Shown here: positions 61,903-64,000 of the stretch, piece by piece
Layout of the letters: the number at the start of each line of letters is the position of its first letter
Numbering within the stretch: the stretch's first letter is position 1
Source: Dipteris shenzhenensis
Lineage: Eukaryota
NCBI GenBank assembly: GCA_047967505.1
Contig: CM106538.1
DNA length: 64,000 bases
Direction: 5' to 3' (one strand)
Notes under the pieces: generated by a model
Seen by the model: the letters and a program-made list of their open reading frames with translations, nothing else
Told to the model about the DNA's origin: nothing
Database searches by the model: none
Made by a program: the position numbers and the translations under genes

Positions 61903-64000
61903 CGCTTATCCACAATCTTCAAATGCAATTGTAGAAATCCTCCGGGTTGGCTGAGACCGTTCCAATTCCATTTTTGTTATCAGCGGAAAACAGGGCAGTT
62001 TCATTCAGCAAAAACTGGCGTTTGTACCGGAAGGATGCAAAAGAAAAGCGCAGATAAGAAAGGTCTTCACCGAAAAAACTTAGCGATGCAAAAAATCAAG
62101 CAAAACGTACATTATACCACCGGAAAAACTGTGAAAAATGGATTGAACGGCGACGTTCGAAACATTGCCTCGATCAGAAATAAATTATTGAAATTTGAAA
62201 CCACAGAAGCCAAATTTATATGGAGAAAGGTAAGCAACATGGAGTCGATCTCAGAATTGGAAACAGATCCTGTGTTCTAGTTTATCAAGCACTAAATAAA
62301 TCGAAGGAGCGTTTTGCAGATCAGTCATATGTTGCTCCCGAAGACAGAATGGCACCTGATAAACGCCGATCGCCGATTGTCAAATCATTCCTCCAAGCAA
62401 TGACTTATGAACGTGATTAGTTCGGCCTCGAAAATCGCGATCAGAATCGAAGATAAGGATGCCGCAATTTGCAAGGATCGGATGAACCGGTTGAGAAGCA
62501 GCAAAATCAAAGAACTTGCAAGCGAAGAAATGCGAATCAATGGAAGGGACGATCGGAAGGAAATGCAGAGGGAATCCCTTGGAGCAGGGGAATGCCAAGG
62601 AGCACAAACGAAAGCAATGAAAAGAGTTTGGGAATCCAATGGAGCCATGCACTCATATCCATCTCCATGACAAGTCTTCTCCACCATGTCATGCTCCTTC
62701 AACAATGATCCTCAGGGTGGGTTCACACCCACCCGCCCTGACTCTACATTTTGCTCGTCCTACATGGTCCAATAGGCGACCCAGGAGAAATTAAGATGAC
62801 CAGGCTAAGAGGGTTGCCCAAGATGCTGCGCAGGCACAGAGAGAGGGCACGAAACGTATTGATGGGGGTTGAATCCTTGGCATCTTCTGGACATGCAAAA
62901 TCCTTGTAGATATTGAGCCAATCATTCTTTGATACGGTAGCCTTTACTTAAACCATTACCTCTAGGTGGTGTGAACTACCCCATCTTCCTTTCTGGCGTC
63001 GGGGTGGGTGGTCTAAACCTGGCCTAAGATCACCAACACCTTCAGAATCCATAGCTCTCTCTTTCGCTGGCCTCGTCGTCACTATGATGACATAGGCCAT
63101 CTTCCCTTAGTAATGCTCTCGATTGTCGCCACCACTCTTGAAAGGACCTGCCTCGTGGGTCAGGTTGAGACAAATTGGCAGGATTGGGACGTCCCCATCT
63201 CATTGTTGAAACAGACTAGCAAGGTCATTAGAAATACTGATTTATTGCTCCTTGAGCCCTCAACATACACTAGTACCGATCATTGAGGTAACAACTCAAT
63301 GATGTGTGTTACGAGTACAGATCACTAGAATTTTTATTTAGGATGTGTGTGGGCCTATGGTCATCGATTTCACATTAAGAGGGTTGATCAGTGACGAATT
63401 ACCACAATGGACACTGTCTTGCTGCATCATTTCAACAACAAAGTTGTGCAAGGGTGGGGAAAAAGAATGTAGTAGGCTATGAGATAAATTATTATTGGAG
63501 TATTAGCTGAAGTGAACTATAGGATTTTCAAGATAAATTATACTGGAGTATTGGAGATAAATTATATTAGACTATTGAATTAAAAAGCTGAAGTGAACTA
63601 TAGGCTTTTCAAGATTGTTCTACTTAAATCACGAGATGATTCCAAGTGACTACAGGGATTCTTCAAAAGTTCTTTGCTCATCTGATGAACCATTTGGGTT
63701 GCCTAAGCATTGGTAGTAAGAATTTTTCCACAAGAATGCAAGTGATGAGAAATGGCTACATCTGATGCATGTAAATCCTCAATGGAGACCTATTTTTTAA
63801 ACTACAGATGTGGATGCTCATCTGTAACAAAACAAGGGGGAGATCACAAAAGTGAGGATGAGGTAGACAAGAATGATTAAATAATGACAAAGAAAATAAT
63901 ATATAAGGTGATGATGATTTTGATATTGAGGGTGTGATAAAATTATTGATGAGAGTGAAAAAGTGATGGTGTCTCAAATTATAACTTTAAAGAATTGAAA

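Noticed and set aside
61187-61954. Plus-strand ORFs overlapping the F-box gene
   Set aside because: They are antisense shadows of the real minus-strand CDS, with no recognisable domain.
62380-62705. Conserved uORFs of the F-box gene
   Set aside because: Short ORFs occur on both strands with no motif, and the TSS is unknown, so this cannot be supported.

Overview
This is eukaryotic land-plant genomic DNA. The TE density, tRNA-Met-primed LTR elements, (GA/CT)n tracts and 18S sequence suggest a large-genome plant such as a fern (inference). Two host genes are visible. One is the first four exons of an omega-amidase (NIT2/NLP3-type nitrilase) gene at 15703-16874 (+), whose remaining exons I could not find in the next 47 kb. 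The other is a complete single-exon F-box/kelch-type CDS at 60745-61902 (-). The rest is mostly nested, decayed mobile DNA: three L1-type LINE remnants, Ty3/gypsy elements (two with chromodomains), two Ty1/copia remnants, a CACTA element, MITEs with 8-bp TSDs, and local tandem and inverted repeats. The most unusual object is at 10614-12754. Two ~281-bp LTR-like direct repeats enclose a ~375-bp fold-back and a 5'ETS+18S rDNA fragment with two internal deletions. The 18S piece joins the LTR exactly where 18S rRNA mimics the complement of the tRNA-Met primer-binding site, which suggests pre-rRNA capture by an aberrant retrotransposon strand transfer. All alignments and identities were done by eye; no database searches were run.
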